Shown in pieces: positions 24,325-38,094 of a stretch of 64,000 nucleotides of DNA (position 1 is its first letter; each line of letters opens with the position of its first letter). The stretch is taken from contig NC_043011.1 of assembly GCF_006345805.1 (NCBI RefSeq), positions 12,288,464 through 12,352,463 of the forward strand, written 5' to 3'. The notes below the pieces were generated by a model. It searched no databases. It had not been told where the DNA came from and saw only the letters and a program-made list of their open reading frames with translations. The DNA comes from Octopus sinensis. Its lineage: Eukaryota. Both the position numbers and the translations under genes were made by a program.

Positions 24325-25700
24325 CAGGCCATGACAGAGGAATTCAAAATAAGATGCCAGTGAGAACTACTATATGCTACTGACCTTGCTTTTATTGCAG
24401 AATCTATAGCAGAACTGAGAAGAATTTCCAAGTATGGAAGCAAAACCTGGAATCAAAGGGCCTTAAATTTAACCAAGAAAAGACAAAAGTTGTTAGCAAG
24501 AAAGCAGATAAGACTCTCTTACCACCAGGGAAATGGCTCTGCTCAATATGTAGAAAATGAATTGGAAATAATTCCATTCACTGCACCCAGTGTAAGCTAT
24601 GGACACAAAAGAGATGTAGTGGAATCACAGGTTGACTAACAGATAAAATTGCCTTCATATGTGGCAGATGCACAGGGACAATAAGCACTAAGGACACCTG
24701 GGAATTAGACTCTCTCAAATGCCCAGGAGGCTCTCTTGATAGTTGTGGACAGTTGCTGATACCTAGGCGACCGAATTAGCAATAGTGGAGGATGTTCTGA
24801 AAGTATTGTTTCAAGAATAAGAATGAGATGGAAAAAGTTCAGAGAACTTTTACCTCACAGTAGTGAGACCTGGGCTCTGAATGCAGACGGCATGCATAGA
24901 CTAGAGAAGAATGAAGGTAGTATGCTCCACTGGATACTCTTTTACCTGTTTCAGTCATTTGACTGCGGCCATGCTGGAGCACCGCCTTTAGTCAGGCAAA
25001 TAGACCCCAGAACTTATTCTTTGTAAGCCCAGTACTTATTCTATCGGTCTCTTTTGCTGAACCACTAAGTGACAGGGACATAAACACGCTAGCATCGGTT
25101 CTCAAGCAATGCTAGAGGAACAAACACAGACACACAAACATATACACACACATACATATATATATATACATATACACGACAGGCTTCTTTCAGTTTCCGT
25201 CTACCAAATCCACTCACAAAGCTTTGGTCGGCCTAAGGCTATAGCAGAAGACACTTGCCCAAGATGCCACGCAGTGGGACTGAACCCGGAACCAGGTGGT
25301 TGGTTAGCAAGCTACTTACCACACAGCCACTCCTGCACCTATGTGCAACATCAGTGTATATGTATCACAAAGTGAAAAATGTGTTGAGAGAAAAGTTGGG
25401 CTTATGAGGAATCAGATGTGAGAAAAACAGCACCATGATGCAATTCACTCTGCCAGAAGTTTGGAAACAACATGCTGTACTGCTTAGCATTCACACCAAA
25501 AGCTCCAATGTGAACATTTCAGAGTGTTTGGGTGTCAATCTAAGAGAGTGATAAAAATCAAACATCAGATGCAGCATGCAAGAAAGAAGACTATGTTGGT
25601 TTGAACATGTGATGCATATGAATGAAGACAGTTTTATAAAGAAGTGTCAATCCTTAAGAGTGGATGGCTCTTATGGAAGAGGGAGACCCAGAAAGACTTC
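24321..25700 (+). mobile_element. Decayed RTE-clade LINE fragment interrupted by a SINE (24932-25339)
   Basis: [76 protein letters not shown]. Confidence 0.8.
24932..25339 (-). mobile_element. SINE family A nested in an RTE fragment
   Basis: Full-length match; RTE peptide continues on both sides. Confidence 0.9.
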
Positions 25701-25897
25701 CTACTCGTGCACCTTGGCAATACCCTACCATTTATATCCTGACTGTATTTTGAAGGGGTTGCAGTCTGGGGAATTAAGTGGCCAGATGTTATGGGTGATG
25801 TTGTTGCAGAAATTGTTTGGCAGCCATGACTGGGTTCTCCTGATTGTATGGCATGGTGCAGAATCCTGTTGCCACCATTTACTGACTTATATATATG

Positions 25898-25944
<47 letters not shown>

Positions 25945-26019
25945 ATATACGTATATATATATTTATGCATGTATATGAATGTATATGTATGTATATGTTA
26001 GTATACACATATATGTATC

Positions 26020-26056
<37 letters not shown>

Positions 26057-26390
26057 GTTTATGTAGATATATATTTATGTATGTATATATATGTGTGTGT
26101 ATATATATGTATATTTATGCATATATATGTATATATGTGTAAAAAGTGAAAAAGTAAAAGAGTCAAAAGGAAGAGTAAGAATGGTTAGGCAACTTTTTAA
26201 TGGTCACTATAAATGTTTTGATACATACAGATCCATGTATATACAGGATTTAAATTTAAATTTAAATTAGATTATGCAATGATTTACCTGTATAAGAAGA
26301 TCTATTTGTATCTTCTCAGGTGATATTGAATTGTTGTCTCTTTAAGTAAAACTCGATTTCCATGCCACAACATATATATATTTATGTGCA

Positions 26391-26602
26391 TGTATTTTTG
26401 TTTGTGTTTGTTCCTTCCCCCCACGATCACTTAGAAACTGATGTTGGTGTGCTTACATCCCCATAACTTAGTGGTTCGGCAGAAGATATTGATAGAATAA
26501 GCGCCAGGCTTACAAAGAATATGTCCAGGGGTCGATTTTTTCAACTAAAAGGTGGTGCCCCAGCATGGCCACACTCAAATGACTGAAATAAGCAAAAGAG
26601 TA
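26391..26602 (+). mobile_element. SINE family A 3' half, diverged
   Basis: gatagaataagcgccaggcttacaaagaat..cagcatggccacactcaaatgactgaaa. Confidence 0.8.
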
Positions 26603-26624
26603 ATATATATATATATGTATCACC

Positions 26625-27211
26625 ATCATCATCCTTACCATCGTTTAACGTCCGCTTTCCATGCTAGCATGGGTTGGACGAATGACTGAGGGCTGGTGAA
26701 CCAGATGGTTGCACCAGGCTTCAATCTTGATCTGGCAGAGTTTCTACAGCTGGATGCCCTTCCTAATACCAACTACTCCGAGAGTGTAGTGGGTGCTTTT
26801 ATGTGCCACTGGCATGGGGCCAGTCAGGCAGCACTGGCAATGACCTCGCTCGAATCTTTTACACATGCCACCGGCACTGGTGCCAGTAAGGCGATGCTGG
26901 TAACGATCACGCTCGAATGGTGTCTTCTATGTGCCACCGGCATGGAGGCCAGATAGCCACTCTGGCAATGATCACGCTCGGATGGTGCTCTTAATACTCT
27001 ACTAGCACAGGGCTCGAGTGCCAGTAATGCGACGCTGGTAACGATCATGCCTGAATGGTGCCTTTTAGGTGCTACTGGCATGGAAGCCGGTTAGCCGCTC
27101 TGTCAATGATTAAATGATTACACTCGTATGGTGCTCTTTGCATCCCGCTAGCACGGATGCCAGTCATCGAATTTGAATTTGAATTTTGATTTTTGATTTC
27201 ACTTGCCTCAA
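26625..27211 (-). mobile_element. SINE family C with internal ~60-70-bp tandem units
   Basis: Repeated gatcacgctcgaatggtg..gtgccaccggca units. Confidence 0.85.
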
Positions 27212-28045
27212 CTATATATATATATATACACTTGCATCACCATCATCATCATCATTGTTGGCATGGGTTAGACGAGATATCCACAATTATGGTGTCTAAA
27301 ATGATATTTTTGCATGAAAAAATTAACTCAATATCCTTATCCAATGTTTTAGTATTACAATTAAGCATTTCACAATAATACTTAAATTACAGAATGATTT
27401 AGATTATATATAAGTATTGCTTTGTTTAAAAGATACTGTATACTTCTGTAGATTAAATTATTACTTTTTCAATATGGGTCTTTTTGCTTATGTTGAATTA
27501 TCTTTGTAACGCACTAAAGTATAATTCTGATAATATCCAATATTAAAGTGACTTACTATTATTCTGATGTCATCTATTCAATTCTGATTAATATCAGATG
27601 TGATAGTTGCTGCATAGATAACAAGTTTTTCTAGACAGTTGCTTTTCATTGAACGCTAATTGATTCAGTCTATCGCAACTGTTTAGAAAAATTTTTGTGA
27701 ATGGCAATTTTTGTGAATAGCAATTGTACCTAGGGGTGTTAATGTCATTTGTTTTCTGGCAATTTGAATTATAGGTGTAATTTGATTATTATAGGATGAT
27801 TGTATATAAACAAAGTTTGCTAGTGTTGAATAGCTTCTTTTGAGTAAATTTCTATTGAAATGCACCATTACAAGATGGAAAGATGTATTTCCAGTATGTG
27901 TATTTGACATTGCTAAAATGTGGTGGCTTAAACCCCATGAATTTTTACTAAGCTAAATATTTGTCGTATTTAATGGTTTCTTCATTATTATCTAGATTTA
28001 CTGCTAGCACAGATTTTCTAAATTCCCATTGCGTTACAGGATTTG

Positions 28046-28469
28046 GGATCTTTTCGGTTTGAACGGCAGTTTTTTGTAGCGGTGTCATATGAAATTGTCA
28101 CCCATAATTATTACCCTAGTATCGATCTATTGCATTTCAATCTGTTTTAGGGTTTGGGTTAGTTAGGGTTAGGGTGGGGGAAGGGTATCTTTTTTTCTTC
28201 ACAAATGTAAATAAACCCAATCTGTTTCTTAAATGAGGGACTTATTCATATGGCACAGAATGTTGTTTACCTCAATGGACGTCAGTGATTGGTTGAAATT
28301 GCAGAAATTGAAGAAAGAAACAACAAATATCTTACAAACTATAGAATTTTCTCAATAAAGCCAAGAGAAAAAGATGTTTTATAAACACATTCTACCAGTA
28401 TACAAAGTTTAACATTTTTTAGTTACCTAGAAATTATGTTAAAAACTGCCGTTCAAACCGAAAAGATCC
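28046..28469 (+). mobile_element. GGATC-TIR MITE, about 425 bp, internal TTAGGG repeats
   Basis: TIR ggatcttttcggtttgaacggcagttttt / aaaaactgccgttcaaaccgaaaagatcc; imperfect 8-bp flanks aggatttg/cagatttg. Confidence 0.9.
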
Positions 28470-28947
28470 CAGATTTGTTACTTGTATAGAATTGCTATTT
28501 TTAGTGAATCACTCCTAATTAAGAAGAACCCATTCTGCACTTTGAACATAACAGCTAAATAATGAAATAGCTATCTAATAGACATTTCCATCTGAAAACA
28601 TGCACATATCAACACAAGCATTTTAATAAATACTGAATGTCACATTCATAAGACCTAGTTAAATGAATATGCTGGAAGGCTTTTATTTCTATAAGTTAAA
28701 TAGAAAACATAAAGAGAACTGAAAGCCAATTTCAGAACCAGAAAATGTCTTCCAGCTCTGACCTTTCAAAATGGTCATCTTCAAAATGAAGAACATACGA
28801 TTCAAAGCCAGGCAGTATCTGGCAAATACTATAAAGAATATTCTGGAATCAAACAACTTATTTGTGAAGGTAGACAGAACAAGAACCCCACCATGAAATG
28901 AATATATAATAAATCTACTGGAAAACAGTAATACTACTACTAATATA

Positions 28948-29316
28948 GGCGCAGGCATGGCTGTGTGGTAAGTGGCTTGCTTACCAACCACATGATTCTG
29001 GGTTCAGTCCCACTGTGTGGCACCTTAGGCAAGTGTCTTCTACTATAGCCACGGAAACTGAAAGAAGCCCGTCGTATATATGTATATGCATGTATGCGTG
29101 TGTGTGTTTGTGTGTCTGTGTGTTGTCCCTCCCCCCCAACATCGCTTGACAACTGATGCTGGTGTGTTTACATCCTTGTAACTTAGCTGTTCGCCAAAAG
29201 AGACCGATAGAATAAGTACTAGGCTTACAAAGATTAAGTCCTTGGGTCAATTTACTCGACTAAAGGCGGTGCTCCAGCATGACCGCAGTCAAATGACTGA
29301 AACAAGTAAAAGAATA
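28948..29316 (+). mobile_element. SINE family A with internal deletion
   Basis: Head, body and tail match; lacks the gaccaaagccttgtgagtgg segment. Confidence 0.9.
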
Positions 29317-29652
29317 AATAATAATAATTATAAAACAACACTAATAATACATTAAATTCTATAAAAATCATAATTTTGAGTTTTAACATAAGAAGATATT
29401 CCTGCCTTGAAGCAACTTTATCTTGCTATCAAGATCCATAAACACAACCAGGCTGAAAAAATCTATCTAAACAGAACTAGGATAAATTATAATAAATAAA
29501 AGACAAAAGTAGCAAATAATATCTGGAAATATCCCTGTACATTTTTGGAATAACAGTAATTTCGTATAATTGGTTATTGCCCTTCTGTAACTAAGTTTTC
29601 ACTTTTAAAAACTCTATATTCTTGCTTAATATTGCAGATAATGACATACAAA

Positions 29653-29897
29653 TCATCATCATCATCATCGTTTAGTATCCGCTTTCCATGCTAGCATGGG
29701 TTGGACGGTTCAACTGGGGTCTGGGAAGCCAGAAGGCTGCACCAGGCCCAGTCTGATCTGGTAATGTTTCTATGGCTGGATGCCCTTCCTAACACCAACC
29801 ACTCCGTGAGTGTAGTGGGTGCTTTTTACATGCCACTGGCACAGGTGCCAGGCGAGGCTGGCAATGGCCACGATCGGATGGTGCTTTTTACGTGCCA
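29653..29897 (-). mobile_element. SINE family C variant
   Basis: Tail and body motifs shared with 26625-27211. Confidence 0.8.
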
Positions 29898-31197
29898 AAT
29901 AATTATGCATACTTAAATATTCCGTTAGTCCTTTACTAATAGGATATAAATCAAAGACCTAATACAGAACTTTCTTTGCAAGCTTATGAGCTTGCAATCA
30001 TAGAAATTTCAAACTTAATTGGACTATTTGTTATAAATTTAATCCAGAATACATTTGAAGCTATTAACAGCAGAACATATAAAAATGATGACTTATTAAT
30101 CTCCAAAAATATGAACAGTAACAAGCAGGTAAATTCTGGAAAAAAGTTAACCAAGCTGTTAAACTATTTGGATCTAAAAGTTACAATAGCAACCTCAAAA
30201 TTCCATGGACACAACATTTAACTTTAAAAAAAATAATTCAGCCATACATTAAACTAAATGATAGCATGCAGGTCCCAGTTCCAGCCTCCACCATGTGTTC
30301 TTAGAAATCAACTCAGATATGTGGGCAAGTGAATTTTGGCCATCAACTTATGATTTAGCCATATTCACTCAAATTTAATTAATTTCACAGTTTTACATGA
30401 ATACAAAGTGAATTCATTGCTTGAGATTATTAGAGTATTAAAAATAAAATTCTATTCCCACAATTTTAGTTCCATCTTACCCTAAGTCCACTGTTATGTC
30501 AAAAATTCGTTATTTTATATTGCACTTATTCTGTCAACAAATGCCAAGGTGCATGTTTTTCTGTCCCCAAAAGAAAAACTATTTGGAATTTAAGATAAAG
30601 TTCTCAGTGATATAATCTGACCTTGCAGAACCCTACTTTCTGAAGAATCTTTAACACTGCCTAAATAACCAAGGCAGGCCCAATTCATAGAAATATGGTT
30701 CAACTCATGCTAGCATGGAAAACAGACATTAAATGATTGTGATGATGATAACAATTACAGTTACCCTAGGTACATATATCCCATGTTTCACACTTATTTT
30801 CATCCAATGTAAGAGTTTTAAAAAACTCAGGGAAAGAGATAATCATGACAACACCTACATCTAAAAATCTGCGATCCAAAATAAACTAAGTAATAGTACG
30901 AGATGTGTTGAACCTGTCAACTAATGCAACTATGACAGAATCAAACATTATTTGAAGAATATTATTCATATTAGTAATTGCAAGAGCATGGTCCCTGATG
31001 GAACAACATGGAAATTCTTTGAAATGAGAAGCTATAGAAATTAATGATAAAACTCACAGGAAAATAGTGGCAGAAAAATATATGCTTTCTGAATCCCAAC
31101 CTTGAAAATTGAACCAAGTAACAAATTCTAGTGGTGGTAGTGATGATGGATGAGTGCATATGTATTATTCATGCATACGTACATATGTATGTATGTC

Positions 31198-31798
31198 AGG
31201 TCACTTTCAAGTGCTACTGGTAACAAGTAACCCAGTACAACCTGTTGCATGGTCGGGTCGTCAGCGACTAAACGGCAACTCCACCAAGCTTGCTTGGTGA
31301 GGAGAGTGTTTATTGGACACCCTGTGGGATAAAAAACAAAACCCATCAAAGGGCGGAGGAACTCTTGAGAGTCAACGGCCATCCAATATATGTCTTATGG
31401 CTGTATCATGCGCGGGGACAGAAATAATCAGGCTGAATACCCGATCGCGCGGTTAAACCATTGGAAGTGAAGGACTCCTATAGCCTTTGTTAGGGCATCC
31501 TTCTAGGAGAAGGTAACTCAGGTAACTCGGATAACTCCGACATAAAACCTGCGGCTCAGTGGTTACCGATGATGTTGACTTGTTCTTCTTTTCGGATTAT
31601 GGCTGCTGTTGCTTAGTGAGTGGGATTGACTCAGTGCACAGCCTTTCCTCACTTTAAAAAAAATCTTCTTGCACAGGCATTGCATGATAACAACATTGAT
31701 TAAGCTTCGTGCATTGGCCATACTTGATAACGAGGGGGCAGCCATCATGTATGTATGTATGTATGTATGTATGTATGTATGTATGTATGAATGTATGA
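31198..31798 (+). mobile_element. GC-rich non-autonomous element resembling an RTE 5' UTR, with (ATGT)n tail
   Basis: Motif ggcatccttctaggagaaggtaactc..aaacc resembles RTE UTRs; atgt repeats on both sides. Confidence 0.5.
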
Positions 31799-32349
31799 AA
31801 GGGTGCTGAAAAGTTTCTGGTTTGAGGTAAAACAAAATACAGGAGGACCAGTTAATTATTCAACGTATTCACCTCTCAGATCCACAGACTTATTGCAGTA
31901 GTCTTTCAGTTTTTCTAAACCCTGTAAAGAAACTTGGAAGGCTGGGCCTCCAACCAAGACTTTCATGATACCCTTAAAGCCAGGAACATTTTTCAGCAGT
32001 CTATGCCAGTAAGGAAAAAAGGTGGGCATGAAAATAATGATGATGATGATGATGATGACATACGATACGAAAATACAAATATAATATAATACTGAATCCA
32101 AATATGGATTTAGTGAGCCCAAATAAATTCTATACTCTGCTATTCCAATTGCCCTTTACTCCAAGCAAAATTACCATATTCTAGTTTCTAAGAAAGCCTG
32201 AAATGTCTGATTGTTCATCCAGTCTGACTCTTTATTTTCATCTAGCTGTTCACATATACCCCAACATTATCATTCAATATCATATATCACCCATCATTAT
32301 CATTCAGTAATCACCATTATTGATATCTTTGCAGTTTGCCATATTCCCA

Positions 32350-33790
32350 GTCATCTCATGACATGACATGATTTTCTGTGCAAGAAAACTCCAAGAGAAA
32401 ACAACAAAAACCCATTTTTCTTGTTTTCTATGAGTTGGAAAAGACCCTTGATAGCATTTCAAGAACTGCTATGTGGAAGGTCTCCATCGTTTTGGATATC
32501 CTGATCACTTTATCTTTCTGGTTCAAGCAATGCATGACAATGTCTGGATGTGTATTCCGCCAAAACTTGCTGTCAGAAGAATTTCCATTCACTTGCAGAC
32601 TAAAACAAAGATGTGTCTTGGCACCTATGCTGTTCTCCTCCTATCTGGCTGCAATGCTTCATGAGGTTACTGCAGACATTCTAGGAGTTGACATCAGATA
32701 TCAATATGATGTAGGACTTTTCAATCTTAGTAGATTTCAGTCTAAACATCTGACACACATACAACACATCTCATAACTTCAATATGAGGATGACAATGCT
32801 GCCCTCTGTCATTCAAAAGAAGAACTCCAACAGTCTGTCAACAACTGTACTATAGCCTTACCCATTGCTTTGGTCTTACAGTAAACATCAAGAAAGCCAA
32901 GGTCCTTGCACAACCAGCCCCAAATACCTATTTCTTTACTACCCACAAGGTGCTACACACAGAGAGGACAAACAAGGACAGACAAATGGATTAAGTCGAT
33001 TATATCGATACCAGTGCGTAACTGGTACTTAATTTATTGACCCCGAAAGGATGAAAGTCAAAGTCGACCAGCCCCAAATACCATCATACCAGATTTTGAT
33101 GTTACCAACTCGGTTACACCTCTTGAAAAGTAAAGCATTTTGCATATCTAGGCAGCTTTTTATCAAATAAGTGCACCTCAGAAAAGGAACACAGAATTGG
33201 AGCTGTCCATGGGGTATTTGGAAAGTTAACAAAATGTGTCTTCAACAATAAAGATCCTTAGCAACGAAAATTAAGGTTTATAATACTGTTGTTGTTTCAA
33301 CCTTGCTATATGGCAGTGAAAGCTGGACTCTATATTGCAACATCCAAAAATTAGAATGCTTTCAGTAACAAATGTTTCGTTCAGTCTTGAGCATCAAATC
33401 AACATTATATGATTAACAATAAAATCCTGGAAAAAGCCAGCAGTCAAAGTATCGAATTACTGATCATGAGACACCATCTTCGATGGTCAGGACATGTAGC
33501 AAGAATGGAAAAGTCAAATCTTATTCAGTGAGCTAATTTCTGGAAGATGACCAAGGGGTTGTCTTCTTCGAAGATACAAGGACCAATTCAAAGCAACACT
33601 AAAAGCCACTGGAATTGAGCCCAAATTGTTTAAAACACAAGTCCAAGACCGTACCAAGTGGTGGTGTTCCATCACTGTTGGAACCAAAAACTGTGAAACC
33701 ATCAGTAGAGAAAAGGAAGAACTCAACTGATAGGAGAGAAAGGCTTGCCAAAACAAACCTTGTCCTCCACCAATATTGCCATACAATTAA
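32350..33790 (+). mobile_element. Decayed RTE/BovB-like LINE fragment interrupted by a SINE (32929-33069)
   Basis: LKQRCVLAPMLFS, LFNLSRFQSK, LQYEDDNA, RWSGHVARM..RYKDQFKATLK with many stops and frameshifts. Confidence 0.8.
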
Positions 33791-34305
33791 TGCTTTCAAC
33801 TCTTCTATGCAAGAATTGGTCTACAGAGTCATCAACAGTATCACCATAAAGGAAGCATTCAGCAAAAAAGACAATAAATACTCAGATATGAGATAAAGCC
33901 ACTACTAAACATATTCCCAGTCATCTCAGCTTATCGATAAGGTAAGATCTAATCTTAGCATTTTTTTCCATCCATTTCATTCTTTGCCATCTTGTACCAT
34001 AAATACCAGTTATATTTTATTACATAATACTTGTTTATGCAACAAGTATTATGCATATACAACACTTGTCTATACCAATACTATTATGATTCTTGCAAGC
34101 ATTAGCTAATTTCTTTAATTCTCACTTATTTTATTATCTCACATGCAAACCATCTTTCATGCAAGCTAACATCGTTCAGTTAACAGAATAATTCCAAATC
34201 CTTCTTAATAGCAATCACCAACAATCTATGATTATATTTCATCAACATACATCACACATCTTACAAATGCTTCTTTCAACTATTTCTTACTCTAACTGTA
34301 ATACC

Positions 34306-34538
34306 TATTTCTTTATTACCCACTAGGGGCCACACACAGAGGGGACAAACAAGGACAGATAAACGAATTAAGTCGATTATATCGACCCCAGTGCGTAACT
34401 GTTACTTAATTTATTGACCCCGAAAGGATGAAAGGCAAAGTCGACCTCGGTTGAATTTGAACTCAGAACGTAACGGCGGTCGAAATACCGCAAAGCATTT
34501 CGCCCGGCGTGCTAACGTTTCTGCCAGCTCGCCGCCTT
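34306..34538 (-). mobile_element. SINE family B
   Basis: Full match; partial copy at 32929-33069. Confidence 0.9.
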
Positions 34539-34985
34539 AACTGTGATACCATCATTGTGACTGCTTTTAAATTATCTGATTGCAGAAACTATTAATTACA
34601 TCCACCAAGCTGTATGAGCTAACCATTTCTTTGTATTAATAAAACCCAAAGTTTTATTCATTTTTAATCTGCCAGATATTCCAGTGCTTCATTTATGTCT
34701 CCATTCTGCCACTGACTACCTGTTCTTACCAATTAAACATGAGCACTTCACTAAGACGTCAGGATTTTGTTGATCTCTGTTAATAACAACTTGGTATTCA
34801 GCATGTGGTCTTTTAAGCCTTTAGACTTTAGACTTGTAGTTACTAAACTTTTGAGGCTTGTAGAACACAGGTATAATAAATATTAATTTCACTGCACACC
34901 TGTGGATAAAAACACTGACAAGTTTTCTATGTGAAACATTAATTGCATTGTTATATAAGTGTAGTCAAAGAAACTTATTACTTAC

Positions 34986-35079
34986 CAAGATATGTACTGC
35001 ATATGTACTCTGCTATTTGATTCCCTGATTTACTTGACTCTGCAAAATGACTAAGCTCCCTGTTTAGCATCCGTTTGAA
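34986..35079 (-). CDS. PDE4: PDE4 internal exon, UCR2 C-terminal part, 94 nt, phase 0 to 1
   Basis: Encodes [31 protein letters not shown]; acceptor tttcag, donor G|gtaagt; frame continues from the 38961-39073 exon. Confidence 0.97.
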
Positions 35080-35196
35080 CTGAAACAAAAAAGCAATTAT
35101 AGTGATATTCGGATTTTCGTTTTGATTAAGACACATATATAAAAAATAAAATAAGACAAGAATGTGTATATATACATTCATTTGTGTGTGTATAGA

Positions 35197-35405
35197 TAAG
35201 TTAAGTCAAGTTAAGTTAAGTTACGTTAATTTTTTGGCTCAAAAAGCAAAATGCAAGGCCATGTAGGTGGACATGGAGTTATGTACAGGGTGGGTGTTCA
35301 TGCAAAGAGTTCTAGCCATTTCTGGTCAAGAGAGACTTTGAACTGAGCAGTCGTCGGTATCTTCACTATCTCATCCGGCAGCTTATTCCACGGATCCGCA
35401 ACCCG
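35197..35405 (-). mobile_element. CR1-type LINE 3' end
   Basis: Reverse complement matches the 3' part of 40042-40310 and 53305-53650 (gcggatccgtggaataagctgccgga...gagccaaaaaatt). Confidence 0.8.
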
Positions 35406-35926
35406 GTACACACACACACACACACACACACATGTCTGAATCTGTGTATGTGCATGTACAGAGAGTACAGAGAGAATGAGAGAGAGTGTATGTGAGAAAT
35501 GTAAAATATCTAAATAAGTACTGCTATTAACACAGATATCAAAATCGATTTATATATCAGATCGATTGCAATGGAAGTATTCGATATGTTGCAGTTTCAG
35601 TCTGTCATTTAGTATTTTTCTATTATTTCTAGAAGTTTCCTGCTTCTCAAGTCTGCTAAAAAACCTGTCCATTATCAGTGGCTCTACATTCCCTCTATTC
35701 CTGTTCATGTATTTGTCATTCTTAGTTTTGCCAGTTAAATAATATATACTTTACTAAGGAGGTGAAATGTTACTGAAACGTGTCAATTGCTTTCATGTTA
35801 ACTTTATAGACAAACTCCACTCCCATCAACATTGTGTATATTGTCAAAAACCAGAAGAAAAATAAAACTTATTAGAATTATCTCCCTTGCTTGCTTTCGG
35901 AATTTAAATACATCTAAAGGGAGTTG

Positions 35927-36343
35927 GAATCTTTTTGGTTTGAACGGCAGTTTTTTCTAGCGGTTTCATATGAAATTGTCACCCATAATTATGACCCTAG
36001 AATCGATCTATTGCATTTCAATCTGTGTTAGGGTTAGGGTTAGGGGTGGGGGGAATGGTATCTTTTTTTTCTTCACAAATGTAAATAAACCCAATCTGTT
36101 TCTTAAACGAGGGACATATTCATATAGCACAGAATGTTTTTTAGCTCAATGGACGTCATTGATTGGTTGAAATTGCAGAAATTGAAGAAAAAAAACAACA
36201 AATATCTTACAAACTATAGAATTTTCTTAATAAAGCCAAGAGAAAACAATGTTTTATAAACACATTCTACCAGTATACAAAGTTTAAATCTTTTAGTTAC
36301 CTAGAAATTATGTTAAAAACTGCCGTTCAAACCGAAAAGATCC
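35927..36343 (+). mobile_element. GGATC-TIR MITE
   Basis: Same TIRs and body; flanks gggagttg/gggagttt. Confidence 0.9.
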
Positions 36344-37173
36344 GGGAGTTTCAGTACTAACTTTTGACTAATTTCAGCTGACTGAAGATTTTCAACTTGT
36401 GTTATTACTTCTTTGAAGCCCAGTTGGAATAGATTGTCGAGTCTAGAAGAAATTTTGTGAGTTCCAAGTCTACATAGTCATTGTTCGCATATGAATAGTG
36501 AATTAAGTATTTTGAGATATTTTTAGATTCTTCCATTTCATACAAAACTTCTTCATTTTGATGAGAATCAAGATCTTTCTAAGGTATTTTGTTCTGATAC
36601 TCATAATTTGACAAGTTTCATATTTGTAGAATGTTGTGGAGAATGTATTAAAACTGTAGAAAGTTATTTTGGTGTGTGTAGAGAATTTCTTACAGTTTCA
36701 AAATTTCTTTAGCAGATTCAGTTCATGAATTTAGCATTTCACATGGTTCAGAACATCAATGTTTTAAAGGAATATACTAAATTTTTTTCCCAATTTCAAC
36801 CTTTCTTTAATATTAAAATGTATTAAAATATACATTTTAATATGTATATTAACATATTAAAATATATTCCAAATGACTTGGAATTCACCATACAACATAT
36901 GATTTGTATTTTGGGTATTTTTGAGAGCAGTTTCATCAACCCAAGTCAGCGATTTTTCCACTTAATCCATGCAAAAACCACTCTTACATTTTAATTGTAT
37001 GTTTGACACCAGCACAAAACTATTTAAGATTGATAGATGCATTAATCCTAAAACCCCATTTTCTTCAGCACCTCAGGATTTTTCTAATGCAGGCCTAGTG
37101 AAGTCTATCAACTTAATAGTGACAAATTTTAGCATATAAATTCTTTTATAGCAAAGTATATACAAAAATATTA

Positions 37174-37547
37174 GCAAATAAAAATGTAAATAAGGGTTCC
37201 GGTTGATCGATCAACGGAACAGCCCTGCTCATGAAATAACATGTAAGTGGCTGAGCACTCCACAGAACATGTGCACCTTAATGTGTTCTCGGGGATATTC
37301 AGCGTGACACAGAGAGTGACAAGGCCGGCCCCTTGAAATACAGGTACAACAGAAACAGGAAATAAGAGTGAGAGAAAGTTGTGGTGAAAGAGTACAGCAG
37401 GGATCACCACCATCCCCTGCCGGAGCCTCGTGGTGCTTTTGGGTGTTTTCGCTCAATAAACACTCACAACGCCTGGTCTGGGAATCGAAACTGCGATCCT
37501 ATGACCGCGAGTCCGCTGCCCTAACCACTGGGCCATTGCGCCTCCAC
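37174..37547 (-). mobile_element. SINE family D (tRNA-Arg-like head, possibly octopus OR-type)
   Basis: Head gtggaggcgcaatggcccagtggttagggcagcggactcgcgg with A and B boxes. Confidence 0.8.
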
Positions 37548-38094
37548 AGTGTATTTTTATAAGTCTATTATTGTTATTTAGCCCCAGATCAGCCTTCATC
37601 AAGAAAATCTATGACCAAGGATGTCTTTGTTTGTTTGGACTGGGGTATTCAAGATGGTATTCTTTGGCTGATGTTGAAATACTTTTCAGAATTGCTCAAC
37701 CTAATTATTCCTCTAAAAGAATTCAGACAAAGCAGCAGATAATCCTGACAACAAAGTTATTTAGCTATTTTATACCGAGTAAAAAAGTAGTGGAGACACA
37801 TGGCTTAGTAGTTTGGATTTGAGCTTTTGATCATAAAAACAGTGGGTTCAATTCCAGACTGGACAATACATTATGTCTTTGTGCAAGGCCCTTCATTTCA
37901 TGCTGCTTTAGTCTACTCAGCTGAAAATTAGCACCAGCGCAGTTATGACCCTCTCTCCCTCCAGCAGTCACACTTTAATGTCTCATTGGATCAAGGTGGA
38001 GGGTTGCTCACGACTTCATAATAACCTAAAACAATAAGTGAAAGCATGGTATATGTTACCCAGTCATATTCACTTGTAAACAATATGGCCATGG

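Noticed and set aside
31235-31295. HDV-like ribozyme at the head of the 31198 element
   Set aside because: A P4-like hairpin and C-TAA are present, but P1, P2 and P3 could not be placed in the required order.
37480-37547. tRNA genes at SINE heads (also 43090-43159 and 55000-55066)
   Set aside because: A/B boxes are present, but they continue into SINE bodies without an acceptor stem.
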